The notes under the pieces: generated by a model | Database searches by the model: none | Seen by the model: the letters and a program-made list of their open reading frames with translations, nothing else | Told to the model about the DNA's origin: nothing | Shown here: positions 20,513 through 28,880 of the stretch, piece by piece | Layout: each line of letters opens with the position of its first letter | Position numbering within the stretch: the first letter of the stretch is position 1 | Source of the DNA: an uncultured Bacillales bacterium | Lineage (GTDB): Bacteria > Bacillota_I > Bacilli_A > RF39 > UBA660 | Length of the DNA: 64,000 nucleotides | Reading direction: 5' to 3' | Assembly: GCA_949948745.1 (NCBI GenBank) | Contig: CATLHA010000001.1 | Coordinates: 17,919 to 81,918, forward strand | Program-made: the position numbers and the translations under genes

Positions 20513-20541
20513 ATTATAGCACAGACCCCCTTATTTCGCAA
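20513..20541 (-). promoter_or_regulatory. sigma-A-type promoter of the S10 ribosomal operon
   Basis: The minus strand reads TTGCGA, a 17-nt spacer, then TATAAT (-35 at 20536-20541, -10 at 20513-20518). Confidence 0.6.
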
Positions 20542-20706
20542 GCATTTTTTTTCATTTATTTTATTTTTTTGAGATTTTTTATTATAATTCCTTAAATTTA
20601 TAAAACTGACCTATTAGAATTATAAATTTTATTCTTATATTTGTTTATCAATATAGATTTTGATATAATACTAGTACTTTTAACTTTTTGTGAGGAAGTG
20701 TTTTTT

Positions 20707-21867
20707 ATGGATTTAGAATTTGAATTAAAAATGTATAACGAGTTTTGGAATGCATTTTATTATAAAATGGAACCCCTACTGATTGATAGTTTTATAGAAT
20801 TTTATGGAGAAAATCATAGATTAAGGATTGAAAAATTGTTTGAAGAATTATTAATTGTACGATGTGATCATATTGGTAAACTTGATCCTAAGGAAAAATC
20901 TGAGTATATTCAATATTTTGAAAATCAAGAAGAAAAATATATCGATAAAGTTTCTAATGTTATCTATCAAGGAGAAGAGGTATATCTTTTTGAACTTTCA
21001 GAAAAAGAAATATTAGATTTACTTTCTAAAAATCATTCTTTATCTTTTGATGATTTTATTAATGCAAAGCGTTCTGTTATGGAATCAATTTATCAAAAGT
21101 GCATTCTTTCTTTATCAGAAAAGTCATCAGAAAAGCAATTTGTACTAGTTGGGGTCAATACTACAGATGAAGAACATTTTGAGGATATAAAACCTATCAT
21201 TGAGTCTTTTATTAGAAAAAAAGGATTAAACGAAAATGAATTAGGTTATGCGCTTCTTGGCATTGATATTCTTTCATTCATTCAAATACGCGGATATGGT
21301 ATTCCAATTCATACGATTATTCACGAAGCAAATCATTTGCTTAGTAGATCTTCTCTTATCTTTAATCCAAGTACCAATCTAAATATTGTTTCAAGTGGAA
21401 TCAGCTATAATGCTTCGAAAGATTTAATTTATGAGATGATTAATGATCTTATGGCTGATGAAATCGAAGAAATATTCATGCGAAAATTTAAAGAGTGTAA
21501 ATTAGAATTTTGTAGTTATATTTTTCCACCTTCATCTGCTCCTAAATCTATTTATCCAATTCTTGATAATATTTGTAATCATGTTGTACTGGATTTCTAT
21601 TCTTCAGAAAAGGACTTAATTAAGGATTCTATTATTCGTGGTGAAGGAAGAAAAATCTATAAAATTATTGGTAATAAGTTCTATGATGAGATTAATTCTA
21701 AATATCAGTGTGTTATCGATGCTATGAGAAAGAATCCAGGTAGTCCTATTTTATTGGATGATAAATTTTCGCAAAAATTTAATTCTTATAAGACTTTGTT
21801 GAAAGAATGTTTTCAAAACTATTATCAGTATGAAGAACAGATGAAACAATATCGAAAAAATTTCTAA
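20707..21867 (+). CDS. hypothetical protein with HExxH motif (possible zinc metallopeptidase)
   Basis: Start set to the ATG at 20707 (MDLEFELKMY) behind GAGGAAG. The only motif I recognise is IIHEANHLL. A hairpin terminator follows. Confidence 0.55.
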   Translation: MDLEFELKMYNEFWNAFYYKMEPLLIDSFIEFYGENHRLRIEKLFEELLIVRCDHIGKLDPKEKSEYIQYFENQEEKYIDKVSNVIYQGEEVYLFELSEKEILDLLSKNHSLSFDDFINAKRSVMESIYQKCILSLSEKSSEKQFVLVGVNTTDEEHFEDIKPIIESFIRKKGLNENELGYALLGIDILSFIQIRGYGIPIHTIIHEANHLLSRSSLIFNPSTNLNIVSSGISYNASKDLIYEMINDLMADEIEEIFMRKFKECKLEFCSYIFPPSSAPKSIYPILDNICNHVVLDFYSSEKDLIKDSIIRGEGRKIYKIIGNKFYDEINSKYQCVIDAMRKNPGSPILLDDKFSQKFNSYKTLLKECFQNYYQYEEQMKQYRKNF

Positions 21868-21872
21868 AAAAA

Positions 21873-21897
21873 ATATCTTGGCTATCAACCAAGATAT
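21873..21897. terminator. bidirectional intrinsic terminator between the HExxH gene and gpmI
   Basis: ATATCTTGG, loop CTATCAA, CCAAGATAT, flanked by an A-run upstream and a T-run downstream. Confidence 0.7.
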
Positions 21898-21900
21898 TTT

Positions 21901-23400
21901 TTATACTAATGGCATTCCAGTCATCTGTTCTGGAATTTCTATATTCATGATTTTTAACATAGTTGGAGCGATGTCTCCTAGTTTTCCGTCTTTTACTTGA
22001 TAATTTTTATCACAGACAATAAATGGTACTTTATTGGTAGTATGAGACGTAATAATATTTCCTTCTTCATCTATCATTAATTCACAGTTTCCATGGTCTG
22101 CTGTTACGATTAAAGTTCCATTCAATTCTTTTATTTTATTATAAATTTTTCCTAAATTTTCATCTACTGCTTCTACGGCCTTAATCGCAGCTTCTAAAAC
22201 ACCAGTATGCCCTACCATATCACAGTTAGCAAAGTTTAAAATAATTACATCATAGGTATTTTCTGTTAATTCTTTTATTAGTGTATCTGTTAGTTCATAA
22301 ATACTCATTTCAGGTTTCAAGTCATATGTTGCTACTTTCGGAGATGGGATTAGAATTTTCTTTTCGTTTTTATAATCTGCCTCTTTTCCACCATCAAAGA
22401 AGAATGTTACATGGGCATATTTTTCTGTTTCTGCGATTCGAAGTTGAGAAAGTCCCTTTCTTTCTAAGTATTCTCCTAATATATTGGTAAGTTCTGGATC
22501 ATTAAATGCATGGGGTGCGATTACTGATTCTACTACTGGTAACATAGTTACTAGTTTTACATTATGAAAACGTTTTACTTCCATATCATTAAACTCTGGA
22601 TTCGTAATTGCTGTTAGTATTTCTCTTAAACGATCTTTTCTATAATTAAATACAATTACTCCATCATTTTCAGAGATATTTCCCGATTCTTCAAATACTG
22701 CTGGTATTAAAAATTCATCTGTTACTCCCTTTTGGTAACTTTCCTCGATATAATCTTTTATGGATAAAGATTGATTCCCTATTCCATTTACAATGGCATC
22801 GTATCCTTTTTTTAGTCGATCATAGTTGTTATCTCTATCCATTCCATAGTATCTTCCACCAATGCTTGCAATTTTTCCGATTCCAAGTTCTTTTAGTTTG
22901 TCTTCTATCCTAGAAATATATTTATATGCACTTTGTTTATCTACATCTCTTCCATCTGTAAATAAGTGAAGATATAAATTATCTATTTTTTCTTGCTTGC
23001 ACATTTCTAAAAGAGCTATTAAATGGTCAATATGAGAATGTACTCCCCCATCACTAATAAGTCCCATAAGGTGAAGTTTTGACTTATTTTCTTTTGTATG
23101 ATTCATCACTTTTAAAATTTCTTCATTATGAAAGAACTCACCACTTTTAATATTGGCATTAATTAGTTCTTGAGGTTGATAGACTAATCTTCCAGCTCCA
23201 ATATTCATATGTCCTACTTCTGAATTTCCCATTTGTCCATCGGGAAGTCCTACAGGTTCTCCACTGGCATCTAACGTGCTATGTGGATACTCTTCCCATA
23301 AATAATCAAAATTAGGTTTATTTGCTAGCTTTACAGCATTTCCTACTTCTGTTTCTCGAATTCCAAAACCATCTAATATGGCTAATAATACTGGTTTCAT
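21901..23400 (-). CDS. gpmI: 2,3-bisphosphoglycerate-independent phosphoglycerate mutase
   Basis: 499 aa, MKPVLLAILDGFG...NSEVGHMNIGAGR...TADHGN. Confidence 0.94.
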   Translation of the reverse strand: MKPVLLAILDGFGIRETEVGNAVKLANKPNFDYLWEEYPHSTLDASGEPVGLPDGQMGNSEVGHMNIGAGRLVYQPQELINANIKSGEFFHNEEILKVMNHTKENKSKLHLMGLISDGGVHSHIDHLIALLEMCKQEKIDNLYLHLFTDGRDVDKQSAYKYISRIEDKLKELGIGKIASIGGRYYGMDRDNNYDRLKKGYDAIVNGIGNQSLSIKDYIEESYQKGVTDEFLIPAVFEESGNISENDGVIVFNYRKDRLREILTAITNPEFNDMEVKRFHNVKLVTMLPVVESVIAPHAFNDPELTNILGEYLERKGLSQLRIAETEKYAHVTFFFDGGKEADYKNEKKILIPSPKVATYDLKPEMSIYELTDTLIKELTENTYDVIILNFANCDMVGHTGVLEAAIKAVEAVDENLGKIYNKIKELNGTLIVTADHGNCELMIDEEGNIITSHTTNKVPFIVCDKNYQVKDGKLGDIAPTMLKIMNIEIPEQMTGMPLV

Positions 23401-23486
23401 TTTTCCTCCGTTTTTCTATTGTATTTATTCTTAAAAATGTATATACTATAAATGTAGAGCATATTTGAGGGGTTATCAAAGTGCTC

Positions 23487-23509
23487 ACGTTTTGGGACAT
23501 TTGATAAAC
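23487..23509 (+). terminator. hairpin plus T-run, oriented for the plus strand
   Basis: ACATTTGAT, loop AAAC, ATCAAATGT, followed by TTTTTTT. No annotated plus-strand gene lies upstream. A possible promoter (TTGTAT, 17 nt, TATACT) sits at 23419-23447. Confidence 0.4.
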
Positions 23510-23548
23510 ATCAAATGTTTTTTTATTTTAACCAAACTCCCCTGAATT

Positions 23549-23638
23549 CTAGTTTTGAGTTAAAAGAACCACTAGAATTATTATTATTGTAAACAAGAAA
23601 ATAATAATACTAATTAGTCTGTTTATTACTTTCGTCAT
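23549..23638 (-). CDS. 29-aa hydrophobic small protein (candidate small membrane peptide or toxin-like)
   Basis: Hand translation gives MTKVINRLISIIIFLFTIIIILVVLLTQN. An AAGAGGTGA RBS sits 6 nt upstream of the ATG. Absent from the ORF track because it is under 60 aa. Confidence 0.45.
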   Translation of the reverse strand: MTKVINRLISIIIFLFTIIIILVVLLTQN

Positions 23639-23733
23639 AAACATTCACCTCTTTCTAGTGAACATTTGATTCAAACATACTCTAATATACATTATTTACA
23701 AATTTTACCAATTCGGTAAAATTTTTTTAATTT

Positions 23734-25008
23734 TTATAAATTTTCTTTTAAACAGAAAGTAGCATAGGCTGGTATATAACGAATTCCTTTTTTTACGCTG
23801 AAGTTATCTTCAGTAATTCTAATTCCTTCTGCAATATCAAATTTGCTCATAAATAAGGTTAGCGACTTTGCCTTGGATACATTTTTATTTACAACTTCAA
23901 TTGGAATAATCTTTCCAGCCCTTGTTTGAATTACAAATGGAACCTCAGCTTTTCCTTCTGATTGATAATAATATAAATTGTATCCGCAAGATATGATTGT
24001 ATTCGCAATATTGTTTTCATATAAGATATATTTTAAACTATCGTCCATTAATATTTTATTTTTAGATAAATGCATCATCATAAACAATAGACCTGTATCA
24101 TTTAAATATAACTTAAAACTTTCTGGATCTTTACAACTACTAAGTGGCGTTTTTACCTCACTAATCTTATGACATTTATAAGCAATCCCATTAGCATTTA
24201 AAAAGTTCAAGGCTTTTTCATAGTCTTTACTTCTTCCACCAGTGCGCATTAATCCATATTGAAATTTACGATTTGATTTTAAAAGCTGATAAGGTAAAAT
24301 GTTTAATACATCTACCGCACGTTGAACATCAATTAAAGTATCGATAGATAGTAATTCCTTTTTATAACAATCTAATATTTTTTCTTGAATCATTTTTACT
24401 TTTAAATCTGATTCCTTATCAATTGTGGCCTTAATAGCCTCTGGAAATCCTCCCATAATTAGATAATTCTCATAGTATTCCATCGCAACACTATGAAAAG
24501 GCATCGCTTTGTTATTTCGATAAGATGCGCGGATGAAGTCAATTAATTCAACATTTCCTACCGCTCTTAAATACTCCTCAAAATCCATAATATACATACT
24601 ACGGTATTGAAGTTCTTCTCCTCTAAATAATGATAGTTTTTCACGACAGGATGTAATTAGTATGATGTGGTAATCATTTTTTTCTTTTCCAAATGTTTTA
24701 AATGCTTTGATTATATCTTCATCGGTGATATTATCTACAATAACTAAAGTATCCTCTTTTAGAATAGTCTCTCCTACTAATACTGTAAGCCTTGCGATAA
24801 TTCTATCCACTGTTCTTTCCTTTTGAATAATACTTTGAAGTGCAATATTGTTGTCGCTGTTGATATAAGCAACTGTCTTATATTCTTTTTCTCCAAATTC
24901 TAGCGCTGTATATGTCTTCCCTACCTGCTTATTTCCGTAAAGTAAAAGTGGTTTCCTATTAACGTCTTTTTTCCACTTTTGTAAGTCCTGATATATTTTT
25001 CGTTCCAT
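23734..25008 (-). CDS. AAA-type ATPase, DUF4143/COG1373-like
   Basis: Start set to the ATG at 25008 (MERKIYQDL) behind AAGGAGAG. P-loop GNKQVGKTYT and Walker-B-like LVIVDNI. Size and layout resemble AAA_14 plus DUF4143 ATPases. Confidence 0.65.
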   Translation of the reverse strand: MERKIYQDLQKWKKDVNRKPLLLYGNKQVGKTYTALEFGEKEYKTVAYINSDNNIALQSIIQKERTVDRIIARLTVLVGETILKEDTLVIVDNITDEDIIKAFKTFGKEKNDYHIILITSCREKLSLFRGEELQYRSMYIMDFEEYLRAVGNVELIDFIRASYRNNKAMPFHSVAMEYYENYLIMGGFPEAIKATIDKESDLKVKMIQEKILDCYKKELLSIDTLIDVQRAVDVLNILPYQLLKSNRKFQYGLMRTGGRSKDYEKALNFLNANGIAYKCHKISEVKTPLSSCKDPESFKLYLNDTGLLFMMMHLSKNKILMDDSLKYILYENNIANTIISCGYNLYYYQSEGKAEVPFVIQTRAGKIIPIEVVNKNVSKAKSLTLFMSKFDIAEGIRITEDNFSVKKGIRYIPAYATFCLKENL

Positions 25009-25125
25009 AAATCGTACTCTCCTTACATTATTTTTCAATTTCATTATAGTTTTTTCCACAGAAATTGTCAATTATTTCTAGGGAATTCCTTGAAAAATAA
25101 AAAGAAAAGAGCTTTAAAAAAGCTC

Positions 25126-25695
25126 CTACTTACTACCTATCTTTTTTATTTGTTTATCTTCTATAATCATTGGGATTAATTCTTGCATTTCATTTCTACT
25201 ATAACTATCTTGGTCTCCATAATATAAAACTGCATAATTATAAGCGTAATTCCTATCTGTGATTTGTGAAATCATATAGGAAATATCGAATTCACTTTCT
25301 TTAAATACATGGTTATCTCTTTTAATATATTCTACGGAAATCAAATCTCCTTCGAATGCATCAAAATATAAATAAATGTTGTCTGCATAGTATCCATTCT
25401 TATGATATTTTCTATACTCCTCAGAAGAGCTATAGTTGTTTCTTCGATTTGAATTTATTAGGTTATCTAAACGTTCCCTATGGACAAACTTTACTTCCTC
25501 TTTTCCCATAGCATCTACTGTTGTGATAATGAATTTATTTTCATCTTGTAACAGATTAAAATCTTGTGTTTCCTGCATTACTTCAACAATTGTTGGTTTT
25601 TGTTCTTGTTTTTCTCCACATCCAACGGAAGTTACTGCAATTGTACCTGCTAATACTAGAGCCCCAATATTTTTATTAATCTTAAAATTGTACAC
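25126..25695 (-). CDS. putative lipoprotein
   Basis: GTG start at 25695 behind GGGGGAGAG. Signal peptide NIGALVLAGTIAVTSVGC with a lipobox-like SVGC. The mature part is unassigned. Confidence 0.55.
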   Translation of the reverse strand: MYNFKINKNIGALVLAGTIAVTSVGCGEKQEQKPTIVEVMQETQDFNLLQDENKFIITTVDAMGKEEVKFVHRERLDNLINSNRRNNYSSSEEYRKYHKNGYYADNIYLYFDAFEGDLISVEYIKRDNHVFKESEFDISYMISQITDRNYAYNYAVLYYGDQDSYSRNEMQELIPMIIEDKQIKKIGSK

Positions 25696-25872
25696 ACTCT
25701 CTCCCCCTCTATAAAATAATACGCATATTATAATATATTTCTCTATTATTATCAAACTTTTTATAAAATGTTCTTTTATAGAATGGTTGAATTGAATAAT
25801 TTTTTATTAAATTTGTTTTTATTATTAAAAAGGTTCCTTTTGAAATAAAGAAAAGAACTTTCTAAAAAGTCC

Positions 25873-26646
25873 TTACTTGCTATAATTTCTTTGAAACTCT
25901 AACCTCAATTTATCTGCTACTGTAACGATAAATTCAGAATTCGTTGGTTTTGCTTTATCGATATCTACACTATGTCCGAAGATATCTTCCATTAAATCCC
26001 AATCTCCTCGATTCCAGCTTACCTCAATCGCATGACGAATTGCTCTTTCTACTCGAGATACTGTTGTATCAAATTTGCTTGCGATACTTGGATAAAGTTC
26101 CTTGGTAATACCACCTATTACATCTGGATTATCATAAATAATAGAAATACCTTCTCTGATATATTGATATCCTTTAATATGAGATGGAATTCCTAATTCA
26201 TGCAAAATCTTTGTAATAGAAATTTGTAGATTATTATGATAAATGTCAATTGATGTATTACGATAATTATTATCTTCTTGACATTCCTCTAATCTTCTTT
26301 CCAAATCAGATAGCTCAAACGGCTTCAAAATAAAGTAATTTACTCCATATTCTGATACTCGTCTTATGATATCCTGTGAATTATAAGAAGTTAAAACAAT
26401 AATTTTTTTATCAATTTGTTCTCTCTTCATTGTTTCTAGGATAAATAAACCATCTCTTTTTGGCATAATTAAATCCAAAATAACAGCATCATACTCCGCT
26501 TGATGATTTCTTACTAAATCTAGACCTTTCTCACCGTCATTTGCTTCTAATACTAACTCTATACTAGCGTGACTACTAAAATACTCCTTAATCATTCCTA
26601 CTAACTCGATATTATCATCGATCATAAGTACTCTGATTTTTTTCAT
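25873..26646 (-). CDS. spo0A: sporulation master response regulator Spo0A
   Basis: The receiver domain has DD, the phospho-acceptor D in VILDLIMP, and K in ILKPF. The Spo0A-specific C-terminal domain has the signature [17 protein letters not shown]. Confidence 0.92.
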   Translation of the reverse strand: MKKIRVLMIDDNIELVGMIKEYFSSHASIELVLEANDGEKGLDLVRNHQAEYDAVILDLIMPKRDGLFILETMKREQIDKKIIVLTSYNSQDIIRRVSEYGVNYFILKPFELSDLERRLEECQEDNNYRNTSIDIYHNNLQISITKILHELGIPSHIKGYQYIREGISIIYDNPDVIGGITKELYPSIASKFDTTVSRVERAIRHAIEVSWNRGDWDLMEDIFGHSVDIDKAKPTNSEFIVTVADKLRLEFQRNYSK

Positions 26647-26735
26647 ATTTTCCCCTTTCTTACTACACGCATCCTCATTATATAATATTTTTTTACAAAA
26701 TGATACAGCGAATATACACTAGTTTTGTAAAATAA

Positions 26736-26742
26736 TGTCGAA
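26736..26742. promoter_or_regulatory. consensus 0A box (TGTCGAA) upstream of spo0A
   Basis: Exact TGTCGAA lies about 90 nt upstream of the spo0A ATG. A one-mismatch copy, CAGCGAA, is at 26706-26712. Confidence 0.4.
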
Positions 26743-26766
26743 TCGTTGGGTATTTTATCAATATTC

Positions 26767-26931
26767 CTATTTTGATAGAGTATTATAGGCCATTGCTACC
26801 ATAAATAAAATTCCTGCGACAACAAAAATCCACAATAATGGATTCGAAGAGTTATTGGCAATTAAGTCTTCTAATTGTTGAAATGTTTGATCTAACCAAG
26901 TAATAAAATCATTTATAATATTTAAGCTCAT
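26767..26931 (-). CDS. 54-aa small protein with C-terminal TM helix
   Basis: Hand translation gives MSLNIINDFITWLDQTFQQLEDLIANNSSNPLLWIFVVAGILFMVAMAYNTLSK. The GGAGG RBS lies inside the last codons of tpiA, 8 nt before the ATG. Confidence 0.45.
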   Translation of the reverse strand: MSLNIINDFITWLDQTFQQLEDLIANNSSNPLLWIFVVAGILFMVAMAYNTLSK

Positions 26932-26935
26932 ATAT

Positions 26936-27646
26936 TTATACCTCCAATATATCTATCATTTGTTTTAATTTATTTAGCTTTAAACTTGCTCCGCCAATTA
27001 AATATCCATCGATACTTTGTATTTCTTTTAGATTACTAATATTTTCTTCATTTACGCTTCCACCATAAAGTGTTTTACAATCTACTTGATAATTGTCTTT
27101 TATATATTTCTTTATCCAAGAAAGTGTTTCTTCAATTTCTTCCTTCGTGGGTACGAGCCCAGTTCCTATTGACCAAATTGGTTCATAAGCAATTACAATA
27201 TTTTTTCTATCATCGCCTATGTCATCAAAAGCAGATTTTAATTCTGCTGTTAGTATTTCTTCTTTTTGATTAATCTCTTCTTTCTTTTCTCCAATACAAA
27301 GAATTGGAATAATATTATTTTCTAAACAAATTTTTACTTTTTTATGAATTAATTCAAAACTTTCATTTAAAATATTTCTTCTTTCAGAGTGACCTATAAT
27401 CGCATATTGAATACCAAGACTCCTTAACTGACTAGCAGATACTTCTCCTGTATATGCCCCCATCTTTTGATCTGATACATTTTGACTACCTACGAAATAG
27501 TTTTTTCCATCAAAGAAAGATAAATATGGATAACTTGGACAAAATATTAGTTTGTTACTACTTTTTATTTCTGAAATTTCTTTTATATAAGATAAAATTT
27601 CATCTTTTGTTAAATTCATTTTATGATTGCTTACTATCAGTTTCAT
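26936..27646 (-). CDS. tpiA: triosephosphate isomerase
   Basis: 236 aa, SNHKMN, IIGHSERR, AYEPIWSIGTG. Confidence 0.93.
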   Translation of the reverse strand: MKLIVSNHKMNLTKDEILSYIKEISEIKSSNKLIFCPSYPYLSFFDGKNYFVGSQNVSDQKMGAYTGEVSASQLRSLGIQYAIIGHSERRNILNESFELIHKKVKICLENNIIPILCIGEKKEEINQKEEILTAELKSAFDDIGDDRKNIVIAYEPIWSIGTGLVPTKEEIEETLSWIKKYIKDNYQVDCKTLYGGSVNEENISNLKEIQSIDGYLIGGASLKLNKLKQMIDILEV

Positions 27647-28880
27647 CTGTATCTACCTTTTCTCCTTTTAGTTTTTCCACAATTTTTCCGAATACACCTA
27701 AACGATTTTCTTTATGATCTAAGGCATACTGATAAACATCTAGCACTGATTCAGCAAAGTATTTTGAACTGTATCGATTTACACTAATTCTTGCTTGCTT
27801 TCCTAGCTTTTCGTTTTCTTTTCGATCATTATATAGTTCTTCTATAATCTTTTTACATTCTTTAGGGGTTGTGAATAATTTTCCATTTAAGTCATTGATT
27901 ACAGTATTTCTAAAGCTTTCATCATCAATGCATATTGGTGTTACTTCTGCAGCCATGGCCTCAATAACAGTTAATCCCTGTGTTTCTGTTGTAGAGGCTG
28001 TTAAAAAGATATCTGCTAGATGGTAGTAGTATGGAGTATCTTCCCAAGCAGTTTTTCCTGTCATAATAATTTTATCTTCTAATTTGTATTTATTAATTAG
28101 ATTTTGATATTCTTCCTTATCAGGTCCATCTCCTACAATTAACATTTTGATGTTAGGACATTCTTTCATTACTTCTTTCATTACATCAATTAAATATACA
28201 ATATTCTTTTCTTGCGCTATTCTTCCTATAAAAATGGCTACAAAATCTGTATCTGTCAACTCATATTTTTTTCTTAAATCTTTTAGTTTTTTCTTATCTA
28301 ATGATTCTTTATAGAAACGTTCTAATTCAATTCCTGTTGGTATGATATGAATATTTTTATCTACTTTATACTTTTCTTTAAATAAATCATAGGTTTTTTT
28401 AGTTGGTACAATTAGTTCACTGGTTGATTTATCACAGTAGAATTTCGTTAGATACTCTACAATTTTTTTACTTGATTTATCAAAGTATCCCTTTGTTACA
28501 TAGTGAACGTAATCTTCATACATTGTATGGTAGGTATGAACCACAGGAATATCTAGCTGGTATGCGATTAGTCTTGCAAAAGTTCCTATTGCAAATTCTG
28601 TTTGGGAATGAATGATATCCAAATTCCATTTTTTTATCATATTTACAGCTTTAATTGGATAGATTCCTGTTAATCTAGAATCATAAATTCCTGTTGGAAT
28701 TCCTGGAATCCTTAAAATATGTTGCTCTTCATCATAATCATAGTGAAATCCCTCTAAATTCGCTGTTACTACATAGACAGTATGCCCTAATTTTTCTAAT
28801 GCTTTTTTTAACATTACTTCACTTGTTACTAATCCACTAATATATGGTGTATATGCCTCTGTAAAAATACCTATTCGCAT
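27621..28880 (-). CDS. GT4-family glycosyltransferase, diacylglycerol glucosyltransferase-like (glycolipid synthase)
   Basis: 419 aa with N-terminus MRIGIFTEAYTPYISGLVTS and the E-x7-E motif ETQGLTVIEAM. The 3' end overlaps the tpiA start by 26 nt. Confidence 0.7.
   Translation of the reverse strand: MRIGIFTEAYTPYISGLVTSEVMLKKALEKLGHTVYVVTANLEGFHYDYDEEQHILRIPGIPTGIYDSRLTGIYPIKAVNMIKKWNLDIIHSQTEFAIGTFARLIAYQLDIPVVHTYHTMYEDYVHYVTKGYFDKSSKKIVEYLTKFYCDKSTSELIVPTKKTYDLFKEKYKVDKNIHIIPTGIELERFYKESLDKKKLKDLRKKYELTDTDFVAIFIGRIAQEKNIVYLIDVMKEVMKECPNIKMLIVGDGPDKEEYQNLINKYKLEDKIIMTGKTAWEDTPYYYHLADIFLTASTTETQGLTVIEAMAAEVTPICIDDESFRNTVINDLNGKLFTTPKECKKIIEELYNDRKENEKLGKQARISVNRYSSKYFAESVLDVYQYALDHKENRLGVFGKIVEKLKGEKVDTDETDSKQS

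Noticed and set aside
20641-20706. 22-codon N-terminal extension of the HExxH ORF (a TTG start in the ORF track).
   Set aside because: No SD is present. The ATG at 20707 is preceded by GAGGAAG at proper spacing.
23318-23500. 60-aa minus-strand ORF overlapping the gpmI start.
   Set aside because: It is out of frame with gpmI, has no SD, and spans the gpmI RBS and promoter region.
23481-23504. 7-codon micro-ORF (GTG-LTFWDI-TGA) behind GAGGGG on the plus strand, overlapping the hairpin at 23487-23509. Considered as a leader peptide.
   Set aside because: No downstream plus-strand gene exists for it to regulate. It is too short to judge, so it is mentioned only as part of the candidate small RNA.
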